Part shown: one piece after another, positions 14,755 through 27,014 of the stretch | Position numbering within the stretch: the first letter of the stretch is position 1 | Layout of the letters: each line of letters opens with the position of its first letter | Source of the DNA: Octopus sinensis | Taxonomy: Eukaryota | Length of the DNA stretch: 64,000 nucleotides | Assembly: GCF_006345805.1 (NCBI RefSeq) | Contig: NC_042999.1 | Coordinates: 64,976,001-65,040,000 of the forward strand | Direction: 5' to 3' | Program-made: the position numbers and the translations under genes | The notes under the pieces: model-generated | Told to the model about the DNA's origin: nothing | Seen by the model: the letters and a program-made list of their open reading frames with translations, nothing else | Databases searched by the model: none

Positions 14755-15235
14755 TGTGTGTGCGTGCATGTATTATATTCTTCTACTCTAAAAAAAGACA
14801 AAGAGACAAAGATTAAGAGCGGTGAAGCCTCTGGCTTGTAATGAGGATACATCCAAGACTGAAACTTCAAATAACTATTGTAAATAGAATACTCTGAAAC
14901 TAGATAGACTATTTAGAAGTCATCACACATACAAACTTATACATACACACCAGCAGATACATACAAATCCGTGATTGTTTATGCGTACTTATGCGCATGT
15001 GTTGATCAAAGGTATAAACATATTTACACAGTAACTAGTGTATATTTGGATATCTTGCATATATATTCATCGTTTCATTGATATATTGTTCTACTTCCAA
15101 TTATTTAATTCATTTCAAGACTTGTTGAGCATAATTGTAACAAATGCATTGCTTATTTCGCTGGCTTAAGAAGTACATTTTAAAGCGCATACGCACCAAT
15201 TATTTATCAATACACACACATACACATATATATAC

Positions 15236-15626
15236 TCTTTTACTCCTTTACTTGTTTCAGTCATTTGACTGCGGCCATACTGGAGCACCGCCTTTAGTCG
15301 AGCAAATCGACCCCAGGACTTAATTTTGTAAGCCTAGTACGTATTCTATCGGTGTCTTTTGCCGAACCGCTAAGTTACGCGGACGTAAACACACCAGCAT
15401 CGGTTGTCAAGCGATGTGGGGGGGGGGGCAAACACAGACACACAAACACATGCACACATATATATATACGACGGGCTTCTTTCAGTTTTTATCTACCAAA
15501 TCTATTCACAAGGCTTTGGTCGGCCCGAGTGTATAGTATAAGACACTTGCCCAAGGTGTCACGCAGTGGGACTGAACCCGGAACCATGTGGTTGGTAAGC
15601 AAGCCACTTACCACACAGCCACTCCT
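15236..15626 (-). mobile_element. Full-length family C SINE
   Basis: Minus head AGGAGTGGCTGTGTGGTAAG..GGTTCAGTCCC, central microsatellite, tail CAGTCAAATGACTGAAACAAGTAAAAG. Confidence 0.85.
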
Positions 15627-15629
15627 AAG

Positions 15630-15671
<42 letters not shown>

Positions 15672-16439
15672 AATTCACACATTCTCTGTACAAAGTACCT
15701 TGGCCGAAAATGTGCTGCGCTGTCTTTTGAATAAATCGCCATTGGCTACTCAAATACAAGTCGGTAATTTGTTGAGCTAATGACGCCTATTCAGCCAGAA
15801 ACACGTGTCAACGGCTGTCTATTTATCTTTAGACAAAGCACATGTCCTTTGCATTATTGGCGTATCAACATTGGGGAAATTCTTGAAACTTGAGTCTTAA
15901 TTGACGTTTGGTAATTTTGATGCATCTTTTAGAGGCGGAGATAATTTTGATAAATCACGAATTCATATCGTACGGTCTTTTATACAACTGTATTTGCATT
16001 TTACCTCCTAATTTTCTGATCACACACACACGCACACACGCAAAAAAACACACACATACACACACACATGTAGTGGAAGCCGGTCATCCGGTCAACTTAC
16101 AGAAATAAAATATATCCGTTGGTTTTTGCAAATTGTTGCTATTAAGTGTTCACGGCAAATACTAACAGATATGTCCCTACTTCTCGGTATAGAGTGAGAT
16201 TTGAAATCAGTATGAACAGAGCTAGAGCTGAAACAGCAAGGCATTTAGTTTAGCAATCTAACAATTCTCCAGGACATTTCACCGCCCTAGACACTTTAAT
16301 TCAGACTGAAAGGATCAAACGTGAAGTTAACATAGGATGGATTTGAACACAGAGTATAGAGGGTCGGAGCAAGTATCCGGAAGTAGCCTAAGCAGCACTC
16401 TGGCAACTCTACCAGCTTCCCACATCTGTCTATCTATCC

Positions 16440-16537
<98 letters not shown>

Positions 16538-16544
16538 ATGTATG

Positions 16545-16591
<47 letters not shown>

Positions 16592-16609
16592 TATGCCTAT
16601 AGATATGTA

Positions 16610-16659
<50 letters not shown>

Positions 16660-17757
16660 TATATATATATGTGTATATATATATGTATATATATACACAC
16701 ATAATTTAAGAACTTTATTTTATGTGAGATAAAAGAAATGGAATTTTTAAAATCTAAAATGCATTTTTCAACTTAATTTAACCTAGTAGCGATTATCTCC
16801 AGTTTAATAGTAAACTTACTTGGAGCAAACCACATTTACATACGCACATACATACATGCATACATACATAATGCATACACACACGCGCACAATCACAATC
16901 ACGCACACACACATATGTATATATTGTTTAACGTACACAATATAATTATGAGACACTAATAGTTTCATAGATTGAAGAAATCGTCGAGGAAGGTTTTACA
17001 CACGCTTAGAGTCTCCAAGTAATCTCTGGTCTCCGAGCACATGGCTTATACAAGTTATTAATCAGGACAATGGAACAAGAGAAACCAAAAGACAAAACGG
17101 GATGAAGGCGGAAGAAGAAAGGAATAAAAGACGAAGAATTAAAGTTATGTCCCCTTTAACTGTAGAACTGTAAAGCTGTATGTAGTAGAATCAACGGAAG
17201 GAGTCTAAAGTCTATGACACAGCTGCTCAATCGGGAGATGGTGGTGTTTTTCAGTTCGACAAATGAAACTTGACTATATGCTGGCGTTTGCTGAAAATTC
17301 CTGGTCTGCAATTCAGCAATTTGGTGAAAGTCTTAGATCTAAAAATAATATGCGATCTTCCTGCAGCACATAACTTTCAGGTTTTTGATCCATTAGGATA
17401 TAGCATGAATATTTCAACAGGAAAAGTAGATTATCGATCCTGTGAACCCGTCATTAAAGTAGAGTAAGAAAGAAATAAGCAAGAAAAAATAATTAGGAAA
17501 AGAAACGATACTAGTTTAAAGCACGTGTGTAACTTTCCAGTACGTACTGTTTGATATATATATATTACACACACCCACACACACAAACACACATTCAGCA
17601 ATTTCCGCTATTCTGTCATTCCACTATTCGCCTTTGAAATCTGGGAGAATTTTCTGTAACTCTTTCTACAGCCACATACGTTTCTTATTGACACACTTCG
17701 CAGTTATAGATGACTCTACATTCAGCTCACATCTATCTATTCAGTTTTTGCGTTAAA

Positions 17758-18152
17758 CTAGCAGTATCACCCGGCGTTGCTCGGGTTTGTTTCGACCCCT
17801 TAGAATTGGAATTTTTGAAACGTAAAAATTTTGTATTATGTAGCTTGTTATTCTCTTTAAGTGAACATTTTTCTGGTTGAAATACACTGAAAAATGGCGA
17901 CACAGCGGTTAAAAAATCATAAAAAAGTAGGGATTTTCATAGAAAAACAAAGCACCTTTTTGATGTAAATAATTTTTGGTGTTAACATGGTCCGATTTGA
18001 ATTTTTTGTTCTACGGAAAGAAGAGCAAGCCTTCTTCTATTATACTCTCAATTTTGGTCAACTTGCGCCGCAGGGTCTCGGAGGAGATAGTGTTAGTTGA
18101 AGGCTACCAAACCTGCCATACACAGACAATTTCAGCTTTATATATAGAGAGA
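17758..18152 (-). mobile_element. Non-autonomous Helitron
   Basis: Minus strand A|TCTCTCTATATATAAAG 5' end and CCCGAGCAACGCCGGG hairpin followed by CTAG|T 3' end. These are canonical Helitron termini at an A/T site, with no TSD. Confidence 0.8.
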
Positions 18153-18206
18153 TATATTTTCATACTGATAAGATTGCAAATATCATTCTGTAGCCATATA
18201 CGAACC

Positions 18207-18253
18207 GTTGACTTTTATTTCGGTCAGGTCTGCCTTTACCTTCTTCAGTTAAG
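18207..18253 (-). ncRNA. Degenerate hammerhead relic
   Basis: CUGAAGA-A-GGU..AGG-CAGA-CCU..ACC-GAAA is intact, but NUH and helix I are broken. Confidence 0.35.
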
Positions 18254-18694
18254 ATTTTACTTATATCTATGACGCATTATAAGAACACAAAAGAAAAAAA
18301 AAATTTCATTATCAATTAGTGCTGTTGTTCTTAGCGGTGGGGGATAATAATTGCAAAATTGACCTTGCTGGCATTTGAACTGAATATCAAAAGCTTTTTA
18401 TCCATAGTTCTGACGATTCTGCCAGATAATGCATCGCCTGAGCGACAGTGATTTAATATGAATATATACAACATGTATATTGAAGCGCTCACGCTGTGGT
18501 TTTATGCTCATTCATGTAACAAGCAAGAATTCAAACATTTCTTAATAGACAATGCATTACAATGAAGTACAATATAATAGAATGGGTTGTGTAAACATTT
18601 CAAGCTGTTGTGTATTCTTGTAATAGACTTTACGGTAGTTGAACACAATAGAATAAATTCCAATTGTACATGTATTTATATATATATATATATC

Positions 18695-18766
<72 letters not shown>

Positions 18767-19128
18767 TGATCTATTTGACGAAGACGGAAAGAAAGGAACA
18801 GTCAGTCATTCTTATTTGGGGGGAAAAATTGAAATGAAAATAAACTCTCTATCTCTCACTCTGTACGTGTATATGTATGTATGTATATATGTATGTATGC
18901 ATGTATGTATGCATGCATGTATGTATGTATATATATATGTGTGTGTGTGTGTGTGTGCGTGTGTGTGTGTATACACAATATTCATATACGTACATATATA
19001 TTTGTGAATATATATGTATATATATGTATATACATACATATGTCTCTATATATGTATGCATACTTATGTATATATATATATGTATGTATGTATATATACA
19101 TATATTTATATCTACATACACACACACT

Positions 19129-19161
<33 letters not shown>

Positions 19162-19197
19162 CTGTGTATATATGTGCGCATTTATATAAGTACGTGT

Positions 19198-19245
<48 letters not shown>

Positions 19246-19429
19246 TACACATACATGCACAGTTATTTGTGCGTGCGTTTGTGTGTCTGTTTGAGTGCAT
19301 GTGAGTGTGTATGTCGCAAAAAGAATCCACTATATAATTTATTTCATTTTTTTCATATTAACATGGTAATTCACGATTTCTGCTTCCAAATATCTCAAAA
19401 GAGACAATACACACACACACACACACACA

Positions 19430-19490
<61 letters not shown>

Positions 19491-19904
19491 GCGCGCACCC
19501 ACACATATACACTTCTATATTCCTATGCTGATATATTTATTTTCTCTATTGTAACAATAAAGTTACTACTGCTTCTCATACGATATTTTTGCTTCGATGA
19601 AATAACTCTAATTTAATAAATATATAGAATTAACAACAACAACAACAACATCAATAAAAAACAACAACAACAGCCCACAACACAATGATAATAACCATAA
19701 TAATATAATAATAATAATAATAATAATAATGATAGTATATAATGACATCTTCAGTTATATGTAAAATATCTCTACAGGAATAAAATGTTGATGCAAATCG
19801 CTCTTTATAGGGTGATTTCCGCTACATAGAATAATTCCCAAACTTACTTTAGCTATAAAATTATAGAATATATACACACACACACACAACACACACACCA
19901 CACA

Positions 19905-19958
<54 letters not shown>

Positions 19959-20120
19959 CATATATATATATATAATATATATATATTATATATATATATA
20001 CATATGTATTGAATGTATATATACGTGCGTCCGTATCTAGTAATCAACAAGTGACAAACAATTGAATAATAGAAAATGTATTTAGTCACCAACATAGAAA
20101 TTGAAGACGTGAATTTGAAA

Positions 20121-20155
<35 letters not shown>

Positions 20156-20253
20156 TACATACATACACACACACATATATATATACATACATTATACATA
20201 TATATATATATACATACATTATACCTACATATATATATATACATTATACATAC

Positions 20254-20284
<31 letters not shown>

Positions 20285-20858
20285 TACATAGTCGTTTGAC
20301 TTATGATTAGTACATTGCTCTTGGTGATAATTAACCATCAAACACGAGGGTGTTAGTGATGAAACTAAAAATCGATATCAGTGGGGTTTTGAACTTGCTG
20401 CCTAAACGAACTGCAAGAGACACTCCGAATACACACGCGCGCGCAAACACACACATATAGCCACACACACACATTTATATATAGTGAAGGCATCTACGTT
20501 TCTTATTCGGCGCCGTGTTCTAATACACATTGTTAAATATTAGTTGAAGACAGTAATTTTGAGGAGAGGAAAAACAGTCGATTCGTCTAATGTTTTACTT
20601 CGACGATGAAGAATGGAACATGTGAACTTTTACGGGTTCAGTGAATCTGGTGGCGAATGGGGGAGACATTAGACCTGATACGTTTTCTAAACGGTGACAC
20701 AACGAGGTTTCCTAAGTTTTCTATAGTGCGGCTAAGGAGCAGGCTGCAATGATCAAAGGCGGCAAGACAACACAGAAGAATGTCAGTAAACGGTTTATCA
20801 AAATGATTAGTCCACACCAATCCCTAAAGCGCATAAGGCCGGCTTCTCAGTTTCTCCG

Positions 20859-21010
20859 CCGCGTGGCGTAGTGGTTGGGGAGTTGGACTTACGATCGTAA
20901 GATTATGGTTTCAATTCCTGGACCGAGCAATCCATTGTGTTTTTGAGAAAAAACCCTTCATTTCACGCTGCTTCAGTCGTCTTAGCTGGTTAAAATGAAT
21001 AATCCTGGGG
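20859..21010 (+). mobile_element. Family B SINE, 5' part
   Basis: GCGTGGCGTAGTGGTT..GTTTCAATTCCTGGACC..TTGTGTTTTTGAG core. Confidence 0.7.
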
Positions 21011-21158
21011 TGCACAAGCGTCCCATCCAGGTAGGAAACTACCACGATAAAGATGGTTGCCCGAAACAGGAGGAAAATTGTGGACAACGAGAACTGCGAT
21101 GGAGTTGGGAAGTATCTGCAGGGTTTTTTTTTAGGCTCTGAAAGCTTCTTTCCTATAC

Positions 21159-21513
21159 CTATTTCTTTACTACCCACAAGGGGCTAAACACAGAGGGGAC
21201 AAACGAGGACAGACAAACGGATTAAGTCGATCGCATCGACCCCAGTTCTTATTTAATCGACCCCGAAAGGATGAAAGGCAAAGTCGACCTCGGCGGAATT
21301 TGAACTCAGAACGTAGCGGCAGACGAAATTTCTATTTCTTTACTACCCACGAGGGGCCAAACACAGAGGGGACAAACAAGAACAGACAAACGGATTAAGT
21401 CGATTATATCGACCCCAGTGTGTAACTGGTACTTATTCAATCGACCCCGAAAGGATGAAAGGCAAAGTCGACCTCGGCGGAATTTGAACTCAGAACGTAG
21501 CGGCAGACGAAAT
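21159..21513 (-). mobile_element. Head-to-tail dimer of family A SINE
   Basis: Two units (21159-21329, 21330-21513), both starting at ATTTCGTCTGCCGC on the minus strand. Confidence 0.85.
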
Positions 21514-23570
21514 TCCAGTAGAAATTTAAAGTAGAGGGTTTATTGGAAATAGACTTAGAGCAACGGTGTAATCAATCAGCACGAATTGTCCTTAAGCTAA
21601 TGCCATCTTGAAAGAAATCAGATGAAAAGTTGAAAGTATCATCCATGGGATATGCTTGAAAAGAGATAATAATATCTGGAAAGTGAAGTGATGTATATAT
21701 GTGAGGAAGATGCTTGTTTTCCTATATGGTAAGTCAAACTTGTATAACTCTACAATTTGAACTATGCTGATTATCCAGAGATGGACGTCTGATCGAATAG
21801 TAGTCAGTCTATTCGTAAAGCCGTTGAGGGAGGATCGTGAAGTGTTACGCATTCTCTCTTGATCACTCCCGATACCTACTGACGTCCAGTAAACGAAACT
21901 TCTATTGGGAGCACTTGTACATGCTAGCTGCTTGCTAGTCTAAGTGGCAGCCAATGTTTTAAATATCCAGGAACAATTTTTATTCAAATTAATTTTGCTA
22001 CGCACCCGATGATTTGGTCTACTCAATTACAACGGTTTAGTAACAATGAACTCATTAACTTAATTTGTCTCTTAAGTGGGGGATAAAATTTAATGGAGCA
22101 TGCAGCTACATCTGCTTTAGTTAACAGCAAATTCGGTTATAAATTTGTGACTATCAGCTTTGTCAAGAAATAGTCGTCCAACTTTACTTGAGCGCTTCGA
22201 CCCTCTAATACTATGTCACTAGTTGGCGAGGAGTCACAGTCACTCTCCTAGCGTATAACAGGATTAAAAATTTATTCAATGAGACAGTTGAAACTGTTCT
22301 TTGATATTTTATTTTGAATCAGATTAGAAAAAAAAATCGACTTAAAAAATATGTTTACTATTCCTGACGACTTGGAGACTATAGAATATTTTAAAGCTTA
22401 ATTGTATCATATATATCGTGAGTAAGTATATATTTTACATTGCAACATCTTTAAATTTTGAAATTAGTCTACATATCCTCAATACGCACTTTGTTGGAAC
22501 ACCCAAGTTGGGAAACAGCTAAGACCAATTTAAATATCGAGCAATACCCAGACTGCAGAGATGGTCCGTATTCTTGCAATAAAGTGGACCCTGCTAAAGG
22601 TATCCGAAGGATCATCTATGCACAAATGACAGTTGATGGCCACTGGCGTCTGTGTAATTGACTTGTTCCTTCTCCTCAACATTACTGACCTTCTAGCTTG
22701 CAACGGCCTGCCAACGGTTTATGAGAACGTTGTGACTTTGTCGATAAAAATGAAAAAGTAAGGCTACAGTGCAGACAGTACCAGCATTGAACCTATAGCA
22801 CCACCATACTTACACTGATTACCTCATTACATATGTGTACTTATTTTATTAGTTTCGAATTTTAAAATGAAAGGATGGTTTGGCAGATCCATACACGGAC
22901 TAGTTATATACCGTAAGGCATGGTTGTTGCCACTCTACCAAATTTGGTAATTAACCACAGTCACACACTCCGAGATTATTGTAACGTACAGCTATTGCAA
23001 TAGACCCGAGAATATCACAAACAAGAAATGCCTACGACATTGAGAAACGACATCGAAAGCTTATCAGAAAGTTACATAATTCTTTGGACAGCTCCTAAAA
23101 ATTTAGAACTTTTAATTATATGGCTTAATACTTGTCGAAAATGTGCATATAAATGTCAAAGTAATGTCAGAAGAATGACAAGAAAATTCTCTTATATATA
23201 TAATCAATGCGGGAATATATCTATCTACTTACCTCCCTACATAGCTACCTCCCTACTTAATCAGCCCGTACCATATACTTATGTACCTAACTTACACACC
23301 TCTCTACCTTTCTATTTGTGTTTCAGTAAATATATTTATTGATTTATCCGATTATTGATTCGTATATCTATCCAACGTCTTACTAACATATACTTTACAT
23401 ACATATCATTATACGTATTTAACACTTTCTCTCCTTCGCAGTCTCTCCTTTTGTGAACCCATACGTGCTTTATATGTGGGTATACGCATTTAAATACACA
23501 CAGGTGTGTGTATGTGTGTGTGTGTGCTGTCGTATGCCTAGCTCATTTGTCTGATACATATATATATGTG

Positions 23571-23858
23571 CTTGTTCCTTCTCGAGCCACGCCTGGCTCA
23601 TTAGAGCCGGTTTCCCGGTTTCCTTGGCGTATTAGGTTCCCCACCTGGACGGGACGCCGGTCCGTCGCAGGTGAGCTGCAAGATGCAGGAGGAAAGAGTG
23701 AGAGAAAGTTGTGGCAAAAGAGTTGTGGCAGAAGTTCGCCATTACCTCCTGCGTGGAGCTTAGGTGTTTCGCTCATAAACACACACATCGCCCGGTCTGA
23801 GATTCGAACCCGCGATCCCTGGACCGCGAGTCCGCTGCTCTGGGCCATGCGCCTCCAC
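23571..23858 (-). mobile_element. Family D SINE
   Basis: tRNA-like head GTGGAGGCGCATGGCC..GGTTCGAATCTCAG; homologous to 52985-53298. Confidence 0.85.
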
Positions 23859-23867
23859 ACACACACA

Positions 23868-23951
23868 CCTTCCGAAGAGAAGATTGCATTGTTTATACCT
23901 TTTATTCTTTTGAATAAGTATCAGTGGAATTTTTGAAACATATGTAGAAAG
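23868..23951 (+). ncRNA. Hammerhead-like motif, CCGAAGA core variant
   Basis: CCGAAGA|GAAGAUU.CAUUG...CAGUG.AAUUUUU|GAAA|CAUAUG|UA|GAAAG. Helix II about 12 bp with G-U pairs; palindromic ACAUAUGU; short helix I. Confidence 0.5.
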
Positions 23952-24138
23952 AAAAAATACTTGTTTAAACCTGCGTTGACTCCATTTTTTATTCCTATTA
24001 TTCAAATATTCAACGTAAACACGAAGTTTCAACCTTTATAAACAAGGAGTTACAACATCTTTACTTGTGAGATTTTGCTGCCCTGGTAACTATTCATTCA
24101 TTTATCCGTGTTAATTGTTAACAAAGTAAAATACACTC

Positions 24139-24186
<48 letters not shown>

Positions 24187-24599
24187 TCATACAGTTTCTG
24201 GTAGTTTTTTTAAGGTATCGGCACTTCGTTTCCGCCCTTGCTTGGTCCCTTGATATAATTATATACATATGCACATTATTACTAACTTAAAGTATAAATT
24301 GCCTACACATTTTTTTAGCATGCTGACTACTTGATAAAAATCATTATTTTTTGCTTTAATCCTGAAATTGGAACCAATTCACAGTTAACGTGAGGTCTTT
24401 TTAATTTTCTCTCACTAGCCTGCTGGCAGCCATTTGTATATTTATCTGGAGTTTCTGGTAGTATTTTGAAGGTATCGGCACTTCAAGCGTGCTGGAGTCA
24501 GGTCATTTTCGCCATTGCTCTCTCTCTCTCTCTCTCTCTCCTCTCTATATATATATATATATATATAATCAAAATAAACAACAAGGATATCCAGAGGTA

Positions 24600-24688
24600 A
24601 TGCAGTACGATCGTTTCAGGCGACTCCATTTAATTGAAAAATGCAATCATTACATCAATTTAAGATGTAGAGCAATCTTCAGCTGCAT
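24600..24688 (-). ncRNA. Type I hammerhead-like motif, canonical core
   Basis: AUGCAG|CUGAAGA|irregular long helix II|GAAA|CGAUCG|UA|CUGCAU. Helix I is 6 bp perfect; 8-nt palindrome ACGAUCGU; homolog at 38348-38437. Confidence 0.75.
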
Positions 24689-24875
24689 AAAAACATAGAT
24701 TATAATTAAATTTCAAGGATACATTAGTATAATTTTATCCAAAATCTCCAAGAGGAGAAGAAGATAGACAAAGAGCATGTTTTACCAACAACCTCACAGT
24801 TGTAACCGAAATCTTTTTCAAAAATAACACTGCTTTTCGCTGATTATTTGTGTTATTTAGATTTAATTACGGTGT

Positions 24876-24894
24876 GGGTGGGTGGGTGGGTGGG
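24876..24894 (+). other. Potential G-quadruplex (GGGT)4GGG
   Basis: Five G3 tracts with 1-nt loops. Confidence 0.6.
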
Positions 24895-25879
24895 ATCAGT
24901 TTTAATTTTTTTAGGCTAGTTTATCAAATCTGAGAGAAGACAGAGGATAGTTTCAGTTTGGGGTGGGGTAGAGTAGATAGACATCCTAAATGGCATAGCC
25001 ATAAATCAAGATTTATTTGAAGCAATGCCATTAGGTTTATGAAAAGAATACTTCAAACAAAATTTTGGCTTCTATTAAGCAGACCAATGCTAATGGGACA
25101 GGGGACGTCTTAACATATAGTACTACAATTAACTACTATAAAATAATGTTGCTATATATATATAGATAAACTTCAGGGGTATTCCAAAGATTATTAAGAA
25201 GAATATTTATGAATTCTTTCAGTATATGTCAAAAATAGAGAGACAGAAAATATAGAAATAGTAAGGGTGTACATTTATATATGCATGTATATATACATGT
25301 AGATGTAGGTACGTAATATATGTTTGTATGTATGCATATATTTTTATATCTCCTTATTGTTGAAGCGCCCCGCATCAGGTTCGTTCCGATTCGTCGTTTC
25401 GATCCAATCTTGGTCCCCTTTTTTTATATTAATATATTATATTGAAGATGCGGTACTCTCTCCCTTTGCTTTAACCTCTTCAATCTTTCTCCCTCCCCCT
25501 CCTCCTCTCTCTTCGCCGCGTGTCCCCCTCCTCCTTCCCTCTCCTTGCCTATTAAACAAAATCCTTACACGTGGTTACCACTATTGAAAAGACTGCCTCC
25601 ACGCGCTGCTACTACACTTTCGTCCTTGCCAGCAAAAAGGCTTCTTCGTCGCCCTTGTGTGGTTAATTTCTGTATAGTATTCTTGTTATTTTCTCGTTGT
25701 AACTAATTGTACTTTTTGTACATGTATTTTTATTTTTGCAGTTTTATTGTTTGTCTAGCAGAAAAAAGGCTTTTCGTTGTCCTCTTGTGTTTGTTTTTGT
25801 ACATGTATTTTAATTTTGCAGTCTTTTGTTACGCCTTGTTTGTGTTGTACCATTGTGCCCCGCTGCTTGAATTTTATTT

Positions 25880-26152
25880 TAATTCTCTCGCAGGAAGGCC
25901 TATTGGATTAGTGTTCTGTTATGCCTTCGAAACATGCCTGACTCTCTGCGACAGCTGATGACGGGGGTTTTGTCTTGTGTAACCTGTCCTGTATTGGTTT
26001 TCGTTTTCCGTTTTCTTGTTTTTGTTTTTTTCTGTTTCTACGTCTTATTGTGATGTCCTGTACCCGTATAATTATTTATATATGCATGATATATACATGT
26101 AGATGTAGGTAGTACATATATGTTTGTATGATGCATATATTTTTATTTATCT

Positions 26153-26155
<3 letters not shown>
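25880..26155 (+). mobile_element. Dispersed repeat with split hammerhead motifs; related copies at about 49840-50110 and 56740-56990
   Basis: Shared GAAA..CTGANGAAGGG motif, T-rich tract and GTCCTGTAC..ATGCAT end; 3' end abuts (TA)n. Confidence 0.5.
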
Positions 26156-26195
<40 letters not shown>

Positions 26196-26494
26196 TAGGA
26201 AGTTAAAAGTTGTGGCAGTTCATGGAGTGATAATTGGTTTCACACCTATTGAACGGTTGACAGCGTAGGCGACTCGTCAGTCTCGAATGGTTGAGAACAC
26301 ATAACGTCTCTACAACTAGAGGAAGAAAGGCGTAATGATCAGTTGTTTTACAAGCAAACATATACAAAAAAATAAATGTCCGTGGTGGAAGCGGAATGGG
26401 GTTCTCTCCCTTACATCGGCTCCGGTGGATCTAGTCAACGAATGACAAATTCTGAGTTTGTGATAGGAAACGTTTTAGATGGGAACATACCTAA

Positions 26495-26559
26495 TCAAAA
26501 CCACTACAATTGTTTCGGCCATTCTCGCATAAGTTTTGAAACAATTGTAGTGATTTCGA
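26495..26559 (-). other. 22-bp hairpin with 21-nt loop
   Basis: Arms CCACTACAATTGTTTC / GAAACAATTGTAGTGA. On the minus strand there are 22 contiguous pairs including 2 G-U. Confidence 0.7.
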
Positions 26560-26739
26560 ATCTGTTTAATTCCATTTCTGTCTCTGATCTATCTATATAT
26601 ATTCTACGGTTACTTTGGAATTCCTGAAATATATCCAACAGCATGTGAATTTCTAGATATGATAACATCAGGCATCCAATAATTGTGGATGAGCTTTGCT
26701 ACAGGACTTTACGAGATCTTTACCTGAAACCCACTTGCC

Positions 26740-26770
<31 letters not shown>

Positions 26771-26782
26771 CTACACACACAG

Positions 26783-27014
26783 AAGGCGGCGAGCTGGCAG
26801 AATCGTTAGCATGCCGGGCGAAATGCATAGCCGTATTTCGTTTGCCTTTACGTTCTGAGTTCAAACCCCGCCGAGGTCAACTTTGCCTTTCATACTTTCG
26901 GGGTCGATAAATAAAGTTCCAGTTACGCACTGGGGTTGATGTAATCGACTTAATCCCTTTGTGTGTCTTTTTTTGTCCCCTCTGTGTGTAGCCCCTGTGG
27001 GCAATAAAGAAATA
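26783..27014 (+). mobile_element. Full-length family A SINE
   Basis: AAGGCGGCGAGCTGGCAGAATCGTTAGC head, GAGTTCAAA B-box-like motif, GCAATAAAGAAATA tail. Confidence 0.85.

Noticed and set aside
17160-17467. Higher-complexity segment with possible 83-nt exon 17381-17463 (VFDPLGYSMNISTGKVDYRSCEPVIKV)
   Set aside because: Modest splice signals, no recognisable domain, and stops in most frames on both strands.
21560-21735. GTAAGT donor at 21729 preceded by ATG CTT GTT TTC CTA TAT G (MLVFLY)
   Set aside because: No acceptor or promoter support and no partner exon.
22458-22740. Possible CR1-like relic (LVYISSIRTLLEH)
   Set aside because: Similarity limited to a few residues.
24720-25280. Possible decayed Penelope RT motif (F Y . 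Q ... MG-like)
   Set aside because: Requires several frameshifts; cannot be supported without a profile search.
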